Assembly (NCBI GenBank): GCA_040954595.2
Contig: CM082597.2
Coordinates: forward strand, 10,199,778-10,263,777
DNA from: Balanoglossus misakiensis
Lineage: Eukaryota > Animalia > Hemichordata
Direction of reading: 5' to 3'
DNA length: 64,000 nt
Shown: in pieces, positions 1 through 12,400 of the stretch
Layout: every line of letters starts with the position of its first letter
Position numbering within the stretch: position 1 is the first letter of the stretch
Translations under genes and position numbers: made by a program
Notes under the pieces: model-generated
Seen by the model: the letters and a program-made list of their open reading frames with translations, nothing else
Told to the model about the DNA's origin: nothing
Database searches by the model: none

Positions 1-472
1 TGTATTAAAGTAAAGACAGAAAGACCGGGGATTCGGATTAACGTGTGTTTGTATAGTTGTTTATTTGGGAGTGGTCGTCGTGCATAATGACTGTGTAATT
101 GATCTCATGTACATAGAAAATAATTGAACACTTTACACCTCTATGCGATTGACAGCTGTTTGAATGGCGTGGTTATTGTTTCCCAGGGACGCTTCTGAAA
201 AGCACTGAAACCAGATTTCTCCCAAAATCATCGTTGTTTCAAAAGCTCGTGTATTTTTCGTCGATAACTTTATGCTGTGTGTGTTTATAAAGCCAACTTC
301 TGTCGTTGTGTGGTGTAATTCTTTATGCTTGGACCTGTTTGGGCCGATTTTCATAGAGCCAAGATCGTTGGTGTTGTCTGTTGTCAGTCAAATGGCATTA
401 AGGTTCGCCACTGATTTGGGGGGTCTTTTATACCCCTCACCGGGGTTTAAAGGGCGACAATCATCTAATGCA

Positions 473-738
473 CATGTGCCGAACCAGAGACTCTGATTAC
501 AAAAAATGTACACAGTCAATGCCACAAGGCAGTGTGCTGTCCTAACAACAGACAAGATGGCGGCGATATATTCTATGTCAGAGATCGGGAAAAGACAGCA
601 AATTGGGTGAAAAGAAGGGACAAAACTTAAGTCTACTTGTACGGTGTGCATGAATTATGGAAGGAAGCGAAGGCAGTCCACATTTTGAATGCAAAATTTG
701 AAGAACATATGGATTGGATGCAATGTTTGTATACACGA
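473..738. repeat. ~270-bp interspersed intronic repeat, copy 1 in the unit
   Basis: Clearly similar to 1420-1699 (catgtgcc.aaccagagact...gctgtcctaacaac.gacaagatgg...ggaaggaagc.aaggcagtcca). The reverse complement is at ~52143-52335 in each 797-bp monomer. Confidence 0.85.
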
Positions 739-842
739 AATTAGGCACATGTGCATAAGACAATCCTCGGCCTTTGAAACTTCACCAACGTACAACCAAA
801 CCATGTTTTCCAAGTGCTTTGAACTCAAACTTGAATTGTTAC

Positions 843-963
843 CTGCGTACGTAGTCGCTGGTGTTGACTTTAAACATTGTTGGTACTATGGTGTGCAGCC
901 ACCAAACAGAAACTCTTTGAATGACAGAAACCTGTTCATGGAAAGTCTGTAAGACTTCAGTTT
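843..963 (-). pseudogene. INTS1: INTS1-like exon A (TEVLQTFHEQVSVIQRVSVWWLHTIVPTMFKVNTSDYVR), repeated in each unit
   Basis: Minus strand shows a polypyrimidine acceptor ...tttttttacatcag| and a |gtaaca donor, with a 39-codon open frame. It resembles human INTS1 EVLRSFQNQIAAIQRDAVWWLHTVVP (recalled). Confidence 0.85.
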
Positions 964-1195
964 CTGATGTAAAAAAACAAAACAAAAACATATTGTTATG
1001 GAGTGAGCTGATCCCAAGGAAAGAAACCTGTTATTGTAGTTACATACCAGTAGTTCACAAACATAAAATTCCAGAAGTTTACAAGAATTTTCTCACCAGT
1101 TTTCAAGTTTTTAAAATCAGCAATGCTGTTCTCCAGAAGTAATTGATAAAGCTTTCTATGACAAGTGACATTTTAAGACAGCACAGGTGGTAAAT

Positions 1196-1251
1196 CAATT
1201 TTGTAGGATAAATTTCAATTTTGTAGGACAAATTTCAATTTTGTAGGACAA
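1196..1251. repeat. Triplicated 20-bp unit tcaattttgtaggayaaatt
   Basis: Three adjacent copies (third partial), present in every full macrosatellite unit. Confidence 0.85.
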
Positions 1252-1419
1252 TCAAGTACTTTCCAGCAAATTTTACAAACTCAAGAAATTCCAAGAAATG
1301 TTGAAACCCTGAGATCAGGATTTGGGAAGTTACAGAATTTTCGTTTGCTATACAATGCAGTTTTAATTCTTTTGCAAAGGAAATGTAGGGCCCGCAGCAA
1401 TAATTTTGATAAAATTTAC

Positions 1420-1699
1420 CATGTGCCAAACCAGAGACTATGGTTACAATAATTGTATATAGTCAGTGCCATAAGGCAGTATGCTGTCCTAACAACGGAC
1501 AAGATGGTGGCAACCATAGTCTCTGTCGGAGATCAGGAAAAGAGAACAAATAATGGGTGAAAAGACAGGACAAAACTAAAGTCTGATTATACGCTGTGCA
1601 TAAAATATGGAAGGAAGCAAAGGCAGTCCACTATTTTGAATGTGTCAAATGCAAAATTTGCTGAACATTTGGATTGGACGTAATGTTTGTACACACGAT
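1420..1699. repeat. ~270-bp interspersed intronic repeat, copy 2 in the unit
   Basis: Diverged direct copy of 473-738. Confidence 0.85.
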
Positions 1700-1936
1700 A
1701 TTGCACCCATTCTAAAATTGTTGGATCAACTTTTATTTTGTAATTTCTCAAAATACCGAATGATAGGATTTAAAGGCTGCATATCGTTTATTATGTACGT
1801 CTGTAAACTTGAGTGATTTTCTATCTCAGGAAGTTGGTAATCGGAAAATATTTCTGTCAACATTTGAATATTGGTCAGTTGACTCAAAATAAAAATATTG
1901 AGGTGATATGCACAGTGGTTTTCACGTTTTTGATGT

Positions 1937-2017
1937 GGACGGACGGACAGACATACATCCATACATAGATAGATACAGATGCAACCAATCCTATAAGGTC
2001 CCAATGGGACCTAAAAA
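1937..2017 (+). mobile_element. Probable 3' end of a Helentron-associated (HINE/DINE-1-like) non-autonomous element
   Basis: A (GGAC/GACA/GATA)n microsatellite is followed by the hairpin aggtccca-a-tgggacct (1996-2012) and AAAAA, the usual microsatellite, stem-loop, A/T-run order of these elements. Confidence 0.55.
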
Positions 2018-2074
2018 GCCACAATGCTCAATTTGAGTCTTTGGCTTTCAACAGCTGTAAGCTGACATTTTTAC

Positions 2075-2204
2075 CTGACGTTGGATGACATCCAGGAGGA
2101 AGTCTGGTCCTCAGCTTCTGCACAGCAAATGACCGATCTTCAAGGTTTGGTTGAGATTCTTCAACTGTTCCATGACCTGTGAGGGCAGTCTTCTTGCAAC
2201 ACCA
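2075..2204 (-). pseudogene. INTS1: INTS1-like exon F (GVARRLPSQVMEQLKNLNQTLKIGHLLCRS*GPDFLLDVIQRQ) with in-frame TGA
   Basis: Acceptor ttcttcctcacag| and donor |gtaaaa. It matches the recalled INTS1 LNQSLRLGHLLCRSRNPDFLLHIIQRQ. The TGA at 2111-2113 replaces Arg (probable CGA>TGA). Confidence 0.9.
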
Positions 2205-2860
2205 CTGTGAGGAAGAAATCAAGGACAGGTATCAGACATTCCGGTTGCCACAATGGGGGTTTGAAAACCCAGTATATTCCAGCTGTGTTCATGTGTTGGT
2301 ACTTATTTTTAAAGTCTGTTTGAACCATTGCTTTCAAAACAGTCCCTGTGCATAAATGCTCTTTTGATGGTCCTAAGACTGTCAATTTATCATACATGCA
2401 ACGCCTGCATTTGCCACTGTGCTATTGTTCTAACGGTGAAGATATGAGCTTGTATTTTCACTGGTGAAAATACAGAAACAGATTTTCACTGTGTGCCCAG
2501 AACTATTTTTGAGAATGTGCTGAATCAGTGGACTATCTCAACAGAGCGTCATGTAATATCAAAATCAGATGCAATTTTGTTGGGTTATAGATATGTGAGG
2601 CCACATTATTTCACAAGACTTGAAACTCGTAGATTAAAATCACATCATCGGCCCACTACTGCAGTACAGCGTTAAAATTGTATAGCCAACGGATTGTACG
2701 CTTTTCAGTATGTTCAGATTGCGATCGCTCAAGAATTTCCAGCTGTAGTCCAAAAATCCACAGAATACAGAATTAGGTCTTATGATGTGCTAGGTTCCAA
2801 TTTCTAGACGTGAAATCGTTTATCTGGGCGCATGTTGACTGAATAAAAAGTCAAACTTAC

Positions 2861-2985
2861 TGTGGATCTATTCCTGTTAACTGAGCCAGCAACAAACTAG
2901 TGCTCTCATCAATATGCATATGAGTGGAGGCTGCTGCCAAATGACTTTCAAACTCCAAGATATCTTGTTTCTCCATTTTGGCAAG
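2861..2985 (-). pseudogene. INTS1: INTS1-like exon E (LAKMEKQDILEFESHLAAASTHMHIDESTSLLLAQLTG[I/M]DP)
   Basis: Acceptor gatttag| and donor |gtaagt; its phase-2 end joins exon F in frame. It matches the recalled EKQEILAFEGHLAAASTKQTITESSSLLLSQLTSLDP. Confidence 0.9.
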
Positions 2986-3147
2986 CTAAATCAATAAAGG
3001 GATAAATGCAAATGATATGACAAGTGAAGTCTTGTCTGTATACAGACAGGGACACGTCTACATGTATTTATACTGAATTCTAAGTCAAGTTCTTTGAGTA
3101 CAATCCCTGACACCCTCAAAGTTCCATATACATAATAAGGCACTCAC

Positions 3148-3208
3148 TTTGTCATACACATTTCCATCATACACTTCAACATCGGATACTCCTCCCATGC
3201 TTTGTGGC
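3148..3208 (-). pseudogene. INTS1: INTS1-like exon C (GHKAWEEYPMLKCMMEMCMTN)
   Basis: Acceptor tctctctttcag| and donor |gtgagt. It matches the recalled GLAAWEEYPTLKMLMEMVMTN. Confidence 0.9.
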
Positions 3209-3331
3209 CTGAAAGAGAGAAATCAAATCATTTCTGTGATTTTGAAAACAAGATGTGACACTATCTACAGAATGATGTCTTAGCAATGAACATTGAATTT
3301 GATTGAATGTGAGTCCATAGTTGAAACTTAC

Positions 3332-3423
3332 CAATGTTTGCCGGGTTAAATGCTGAAACAACAAGTAAAAGCAACCAGCCCTTCCAGTACAGGTTGGAAA
3401 TCGCCAGCTGTGGTGGTTGGTAT
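3332..3423 (-). pseudogene. INTS1: INTS1-like exon B (YQPPQLAISNLYWKGWLLLLVVSAFNPANIG)
   Basis: Acceptor atcaacag| and donor |gtaagt; phase 1 joins exon C. It matches the recalled YQPPNLAISTLYWKAWPLLLVVAAFNPENIG. Confidence 0.92.
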
Positions 3424-6400
3424 CTGTTGATATCAAAATATCAAATACTCTTGTATTAAAGTAAAGACAGAAAGACCGGGGATTCGGATTAACGTGTGTT
3501 TGTATAGTTGTTTATTTGGGAGTGGTCGTCGTGCATAATGACTGTGTAATTGATCTCATGTACATAGAAAATAATTGAACACTTTACACCTCTATGCGAT
3601 TGACAGCTGTTTGAATGGCGTGGTTATTGTTTCCCAGGGACGCTTCTGAAAAGCACTGAAACCAGATTTCTCCCAAAATCATCGTTGTTTCAAAAGCTCG
3701 TGTATTTTTCGTCGATAACTTTATGCTGTGTGTGTTTATAAAGCCAACTTCTGTCGTTGTGTGGTGTAATTCTTTATGCTTGGACCTGTTTGGGCCGATT
3801 TTCATAGAGCCAAGATCGTTGGTGTTGTCTGTTGTCAGTCAAATGGCATTAAGGTTCGCCACTGATTTGGGGGGTCTTTTATACCCCTCACCGGGGTTTA
3901 AAGGGCGACAATCATCTAATGCACATGTGCCGAACCAGAGACTCTGATTACAAAAAATGTACACAGTCAATGCCACAAGGCAGTGTGCTGTCCTAACAAC
4001 AGACAAGATGGCGGCGATATATTCTATGTCAGAGATCGGGAAAAGACAGCAAATTGGGTGAAAAGAAGGGACAAAACTTAAGTCTACTTGTACGGTGTGC
4101 ATGAATTATGGAAGGAAGCGAAGGCAGTCCACATTTTGAATGCAAAATTTGAAGAACATATGGATTGGATGCAATGTTTGTATACACGAAATTAGGCACA
4201 TGTGCATAAGACAATCCTCGGCCTTTGAAACTTCACCAACGTACAACCAAACCATGTTTTCCAAGTGCTTTGAACTCAAACTTGAATTGTTACCTGCGTA
4301 CGTAGTCGCTGGTGTTGACTTTAAACATTGTTGGTACTATGGTGTGCAGCCACCAAACAGAAACTCTTTGAATGACAGAAACCTGTTCATGGAAAGTCTG
4401 TAAGACTTCAGTTTCTGATGTAAAAAAACAAAACAAAAACATATTGTTATGGAGTGAGCTGATCCCAAGGAAAGAAACCTGTTATTGTAGTTACATACCA
4501 GTAGTTCACAAACATAAAATTCCAGAAGTTTACAAGAATTTTCTCACCAGTTTTCAAGTTTTTAAAATCAGCAATGCTGTTCTCCAGAAGTAATTGATAA
4601 AGCTTTCTATGACAAGTGACATTTTAAGACAGCACAGGTGGTAAATCAATTTTGTAGGATAAATTTCAATTTTGTAGGACAAATTTCAATTTTGTAGGAC
4701 AATCAAGTACTTTCCAGCAAATTTTACAAACTCAAGAAATTCCAAGAAATGTTGAAACCCTGAGATCAGGATTTGGGAAGTTACAGAATTTTCGTTTGCT
4801 ATACAATGCAGTTTTAATTCTTTTGCAAAGGAAATGTAGGGCCCGCAGCAATAATTTTGATAAAATTTACCATGTGCCAAACCAGAGACTATGGTTACAA
4901 TAATTGTATATAGTCAGTGCCATAAGGCAGTATGCTGTCCTAACAACGGACAAGATGGTGGCAACCATAGTCTCTGTCGGAGATCAGGAAAAGAGAACAA
5001 ATAATGGGTGAAAAGACAGGACAAAACTAAAGTCTGATTATACGCTGTGCATAAAATATGGAAGGAAGCAAAGGCAGTCCACTATTTTGAATGTGTCAAA
5101 TGCAAAATTTGCTGAACATTTGGATTGGACGTAATGTTTGTACACACGATATTGCACCCATTCTAAAATTGTTGGATCAACTTTTATTTTGTAATTTCTC
5201 AAAATACCGAATGATAGGATTTAAAGGCTGCATATCGTTTATTATGTACGTCTGTAAACTTGAGTGATTTTCTATCTCAGGAAGTTGGTAATCGGAAAAT
5301 ATTTCTGTCAACATTTGAATATTGGTCAGTTGACTCAAAATAAAAATATTGAGGTGATATGCACAGTGGTTTTCACGTTTTTGATGTGGACGGACGGACA
5401 GACATACATCCATACATAGATAGATACAGATGCAACCAATCCTATAAGGTCCCAATGGGACCTAAAAAGCCACAATGCTCAATTTGAGTCTTTGGCTTTC
5501 AACAGCTGTAAGCTGACATTTTTACCTGACGTTGGATGACATCCAGGAGGAAGTCTGGTCCTCAGCTTCTGCACAGCAAATGACCGATCTTCAAGGTTTG
5601 GTTGAGATTCTTCAACTGTTCCATGACCTGTGAGGGCAATCTTCTTGCAACACCACTGTGAGGAAGAAATCAAGGACAGGTATCAGACATTCCGGTTGCC
5701 ACAATGGGGGTTTGAAAACCCAGTATATTCCAGCTGTGTTCATGTGTTGGTACTTATTTTTAAAGTCTGTTTGAACCATTGCTTTCAAAACAGTCCCTGT
5801 GCATAAATGCTCTTTTGATGGTCCTAAGACTGTCAATTTATCATACATGCAACGCCTGCATTTGCCACTGTGCTATTGTTCTAACGGTGAAGATATGAGC
5901 TTGTATTTTCACTGGTGAAAATACAGAAACAGATTTTCACTGTGTGCCCAGAACTATTTTTGAGAATGTGCTGAATCAGTGGACTATCTCAACAGAGCGT
6001 CATGTAATATCAAAATCAGATGCAATTTTGTTGGGTTATAGATATGTGAGGCCACATTATTTCACAAGACTTGAAACTCGTAGATTAAAATCACATCATC
6101 GGCCCACTACTGCAGTACAGCGTTAAAATTGTATAGCCAACGGATTGTACGCTTTTCAGTATGTTCAGATTGCGATCGCTCAAGAATTTCCAGCTGTAGT
6201 CCAAAAATCCACAGAATACAGAATTAGGTCTTATGATGTGCTAGGTTCCAATTTCTAGACGTGAAATCGTTTATCTGGGCGCATGTTGACTGAATAAAAA
6301 GTCAAACTTACGGTGGATCCATTCCTGTTAACTGAGCCAGCAACAAACTAGTGCTCTCATCAATATGCATATGAGTGGAGGCTGCTGCCAAATGACTTTC

Positions 6401-9400
6401 AAACTCCAAGATATCTTGTTTCTCCATTTTGGCAAGCTAAATCAATAAAGGGATAAATGCAAATGATATGACAAGTGAAGTCTTGTCTGTATACAGACAG
6501 GGACACGTCTACATGTATTTATACTGAATTCTAAGTCAAGTTCTTTGAGTACAATCCCTGACACCCTCAAAGTTCCATATACATAATAAGGCACTCACTT
6601 TGTCATACACATTTCCATCATACACTTCAACATCGGATACTCCTCCCATGCTTTGTGGCCTGAAAGAGAGAAATCAAATCATTTCTGTGATTTTGAAAAC
6701 AAGATGTGACACTATCTACAGAATGATGTCTTAGCAATGAACATTGAATTTGATTGAATGTGAGTCCATAGTTGAAACTTACCAATGTTTGCCGGGTTAA
6801 ATGCTGAAACAACAAGTAAAAGCAACCAGCCCTTCCAGTACAGGTTGGAAATCGCCAGCTGTGGTGGTTGGTATCTGTTGATATCAAAATATCAAATACT
6901 CTTGTATTAAAGTAAAGACAGAAAGACCGGGGATTCGGATTAACGTGTGTTTGTATAGTTGTTTATTTGGGAGTGGTCGTCGTGCATAATGACTGTGTAA
7001 TTGATCTCATGTACATAGAAAATAATTGAACACTTTACACCTCTATGCGATTGACAGCTGTTTGAATGGCGTGGTTATTGTTTCCCAGGGACGCTTCTGA
7101 AAAGCACTGAAACCAGATTTCTCCCAAAATCATCGTTGTTTCAAAAGCTCGTGTATTTTTCGTCGATAACTTTATGCTGTGTGTGTTTATAAAGCCAACT
7201 TCTGTCGTTGTGTGGTGTAATTCTTTATGCTTGGACCTGTTTGGGCCGATTTTCATAGAGCCAAGATCGTTGGTGTTGTCTGTTGTCAGTCAAATGGCAT
7301 TAAGGTTCGCCACTGATTTGGGGGGTCTTTTATACCCCTCACCGGGGTTTAAAGGGCGACAATCATCTAATGCACATGTGCCGAACCAGAGACTCTGATT
7401 ACAAAAAATGTACACAGTCAATGCCACAAGGCAGTGTGCTGTCCTAACAACAGACAAGATGGCGGCGATATATTCTATGTCAGAGATCGGGAAAAGACAG
7501 CAAATTGGGTGAAAAGAAGGGACAAAACTTAAGTCTACTTGTACGGTGTGCATGAATTATGGAAGGAAGCGAAGGCAGTCCACATTTTGAATGCAAAATT
7601 TGAAGAACATATGGATTGGATGCAATGTTTGTATACACGAAATTAGGCACATGTGCATAAGACAATCCTCGGCCTTTGAAACTTCACCAACGTACAACCA
7701 AACCATGTTTTCCAAGTGCTTTGAACTCAAACTTGAATTGTTACCTGCGTACGTAGTCGCTGGTGTTGACTTTAAACATTGTTGGTACTATGGTGTGCAG
7801 CCACCAAACAGAAACTCTTTGAATGACAGAAACCTGTTCATGGAAAGTCTGTAAGACTTCAGTTTCTGATGTAAAAAAACAAAACAAAAACATATTGTTA
7901 TGGAGTGAGCTGATCCCAAGGAAAGAAACCTGTTATTGTAGTTACATACCAGTAGTTCACAAACATAAAATTCCAGAAGTTTACAAGAATTTTCTCACCA
8001 GTTTTCAAGTTTTTAAAATCAGCAATGCTGTTCTCCAGAAGTAATTGATAAAGCTTTCTATGACAAGTGACATTTTAAGACAGCACAGGTGGTAAATCAA
8101 TTTTGTAGGATAAATTTCAATTTTGTAGGACAAATTTCAATTTTGTAGGACAATCAAGTACTTTCCAGCAAATTTTACAAACTCAAGAAATTCCAAGAAA
8201 TGTTGAAACCCTGAGATCAGGATTTGGGAAGTTACAGAATTTTCGTTTGCTATACAATGCAGTTTTAATTCTTTTGCAAAGGAAATGTAGGGCCCGCAGC
8301 AATAATTTTGATAAAATTTACCATGTGCCAAACCAGAGACTATGGTTACAATAATTGTATATAGTCAGTGCCATAAGGCAGTATGCTGTCCTAACAACGG
8401 ACAAGATGGTGGCAACCATAGTCTCTGTCGGAGATCAGGAAAAGAGAACAAATAATGGGTGAAAAGACAGGACAAAACTAAAGTCTGATTATACGCTGTG
8501 CATAAAATATGGAAGGAAGCAAAGGCAGTCCACTATTTTGAATGTGTCAAATGCAAAATTTGCTGAACATTTGGATTGGACGTAATGTTTGTACACACGA
8601 TATTGCACCCATTCTAAAATTGTTGGATCAACTTTTATTTTGTAATTTCTCAAAATACCGAATGATAGGATTTAAAGGCTGCATATCGTTTATTATGTAC
8701 GTCTGTAAACTTGAGTGATTTTCTATCTCAGGAAGTTGGTAATCGGAAAATATTTCTGTCAACATTTGAATATTGGTCAGTTGACTCAAAATAAAAATAT
8801 TGAGGTGATATGCACAGTGGTTTTCACGTTTTTGATGTGGACGGACGGACAGACATACATCCATACATAGATAGATACAGATGCAACCAATCCTATAAGG
8901 TCCCAATGGGACCTAAAAAGCCACAATGCTCAATTTGAGTCTTTGGCTTTCAACAGCTGTAAGCTGACATTTTTACCTGACGTTGGATGACATCCAGGAG
9001 GAAGTCTGGTCCTCAGCTTCTGCACAGCAAATGACCGATCTTCAAGGTTTGGTTGAGATTCTTCAACTGTTCCATGACCTGTGAGGGCAATCTTCTTGCA
9101 ACACCACTGTGAGGAAGAAATCAAGGACAGGTATCAGACATTCCGGTTGCCACAATGGGGGTTTGAAAACCCAGTATATTCCAGCTGTGTTCATGTGTTG
9201 GTACTTATTTTTAAAGTCTGTTTGAACCATTGCTTTCAAAACAGTCCCTGTGCATAAATGCTCTTTTGATGGTCCTAAGACTGTCAATTTATCATACATG
9301 CAACGCCTGCATTTGCCACTGTGCTATTGTTCTAACGGTGAAGATATGAGCTTGTATTTTCACTGGTGAAAATACAGAAACAGATTTTCACTGTGTGCCC

Positions 9401-12400
9401 AGAACTATTTTTGAGAATGTGCTGAATCAGTGGACTATCTCAACAGAGCGTCATGTAATATCAAAATCAGATGCAATTTTGTTGGGTTATAGATATGTGA
9501 GGCCACATTATTTCACAAGACTTGAAACTCGTAGATTAAAATCACATCATCGGCCCACTACTGCAGTACAGCGTTAAAATTGTATAGCCAACGGATTGTA
9601 CGCTTTTCAGTATGTTCAGATTGCGATCGCTCAAGAATTTCCAGCTGTAGTCCAAAAATCCACAGAATACAGAATTAGGTCTTATGATGTGCTAGGTTCC
9701 AATTTCTAGACGTGAAATCGTTTATCTGGGCGCATGTTGACTGAATAAAAAGTCAAACTTACTGTGGATCCATTCCTGTTAACTGAGCCAGCAACAAACT
9801 AGTGCTCTCATCAATATGCATATGAGTGGAGGCTGCTGCCAAATGACTTTCAAACTCCAAGATATCTTGTTTCTCCATTTTGGCAAGCTAAATCAATAAA
9901 GGGATAAATGCAAATGATATGACAAGTGAAGTCTTGTCTGTATACAGACAGGGACACGTCTACATGTATTTATACTGAATTCTAAGTCAAGTTCTTTGAG
10001 TACAATCCCTGACACCCTCAAAGTTCCATATACATAATAAGGCACTCACTTTGTCATACACATTTCCATCATACACTTCAACATCGGATACTCCTCCCAT
10101 GCTTTGTGGCCTGAAAGAGAGAAATCAAATCATTTCTGTGATTTTGAAAACAAGATGTGACACTATCTACAGAATGATGTCTTAGCAATGAACATTGAAT
10201 TTGATTGAATGTGAGTCCATAGTTGAAACTTACCAATGTTTGCCGGGTTAAATGCTGAAACAACAAGTAAAAGCAACCAGCCCTTCCAGTACAGGTTGGA
10301 AATCGCCAGCTGTGGTGGTTGGTATCTGTTGATATCAAAATATCAAATACTCTTGTATTAAAGTAAAGACAGAAAGACCGGGGATTCGGATTAACGTGTG
10401 TTTGTATAGTTGTTTATTTGGGAGTGGTCGTCGTGCATAATGACTGTGTAATTGATCTCATGTACATAGAAAATAATTGAACACTTTACACCTCTATGCG
10501 ATTGACAGCTGTTTGAATGGCGTGGTTATTGTTTCCCAGGGACGCTTCTGAAAAGCACTGAAACCAGATTTCTCCCAAAATCATCGTTGTTTCAAAAGCT
10601 CGTGTATTTTTCGTCGATAACTTTATGCTGTGTGTGTTTATAAAGCCAACTTCTGTCGTTGTGTGGTGTAATTCTTTATGCTTGGACCTGTTTGGGCCGA
10701 TTTTCATAGAGCCAAGATCGTTGGTGTTGTCTGTTGTCAGTCAAATGGCATTAAGGTTCGCCACTGATTTGGGGGGTCTTTTATACCCCTCACCGGGGTT
10801 TAAAGGGCGACAATCATCTAATGCACATGTGCCGAACCAGAGACTCTGATTACAAAAAATGTACACAGTCAATGCCACAAGGCAGTGTGCTGTCCTAACA
10901 ACAGACAAGATGGCGGCGATATATTCTATGTCAGAGATCGGGAAAAGACAGCAAATTGGGTGAAAAGAAGGGACAAAACTTAAGTCTACTTGTACGGTGT
11001 GCATGAATTATGGAAGGAAGCGAAGGCAGTCCACATTTTGAATGCAAAATTTGAAGAACATATGGATTGGATGCAATGTTTGTATACACGAAATTAGGCA
11101 CATGTGCATAAGACAATCCTCGGCCTTTGAAACTTCACCAACGTACAACCAAACCATGTTTTCCAAGTGCTTTGAACTCAAACTTGAATTGTTACCTGCG
11201 TACGTAGTCGCTGGTGTTGACTTTAAACATTGTTGGTACTATGGTGTGCAGCCACCAAACAGAAACTCTTTGAATGACAGAAACCTGTTCATGGAAAGTC
11301 TGTAAGACTTCAGTTTCTGATGTAAAAAAACAAAACAAAAACATATTGTTATGGAGTGAGCTGATCCCAAGGAAAGAAACCTGTTATTGTAGTTACATAC
11401 CAGTAGTTCACAAACATAAAATTCCAGAAGTTTACAAGAATTTTCTCACCAGTTTTCAAGTTTTTAAAATCAGCAATGCTGTTCTCCAGAAGTAATTGAT
11501 AAAGCTTTCTATGACAAGTGACATTTTAAGACAGCACAGGTGGTAAATCAATTTTGTAGGATAAATTTCAATTTTGTAGGACAAATTTCAATTTTGTAGG
11601 ACAATCAAGTACTTTCCAGCAAATTTTACAAACTCAAGAAATTCCAAGAAATGTTGAAACCCTGAGATCAGGATTTGGGAAGTTACAGAATTTTCGTTTG
11701 CTATACAATGCAGTTTTAATTCTTTTGCAAAGGAAATGTAGGGCCCGCAGCAATAATTTTGATAAAATTTACCATGTGCCAAACCAGAGACTATGGTTAC
11801 AATAATTGTATATAGTCAGTGCCATAAGGCAGTATGCTGTCCTAACAACGGACAAGATGGTGGCAACCATAGTCTCTGTCGGAGATCAGGAAAAGAGAAC
11901 AAATAATGGGTGAAAAGACAGGACAAAACTAAAGTCTGATTATACGCTGTGCATAAAATATGGAAGGAAGCAAAGGCAGTCCACTATTTTGAATGTGTCA
12001 AATGCAAAATTTGCTGAACATTTGGATTGGACGTAATGTTTGTACACACGATATTGCACCCATTCTAAAATTGTTGGATCAACTTTTATTTTGTAATTTC
12101 TCAAAATACCGAATGATAGGATTTAAAGGCTGCATATCGTTTATTATGTACGTCTGTAAACTTGAGTGATTTTCTATCTCAGGAAGTTGGTAATCGGAAA
12201 ATATTTCTGTCAACATTTGAATATTGGTCAGTTGACTCAAAATAAAAATATTGAGGTGATATGCACAGTGGTTTTCACGTTTTTGATGTGGACGGACGGA
12301 CAGACATACATCCATACATAGATAGATACAGATGCAACCAATCCTATAAGGTCCCAATGGGACCTAAAAAGCCACAATGCTCAATTTGAGTCTTTGGCTT

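Noticed and set aside
2111-2113. Selenocysteine or readthrough TGA
   Set aside because: It aligns to Arg, no SECIS element was recognised, and the units are also frameshifted by loss of exon D.
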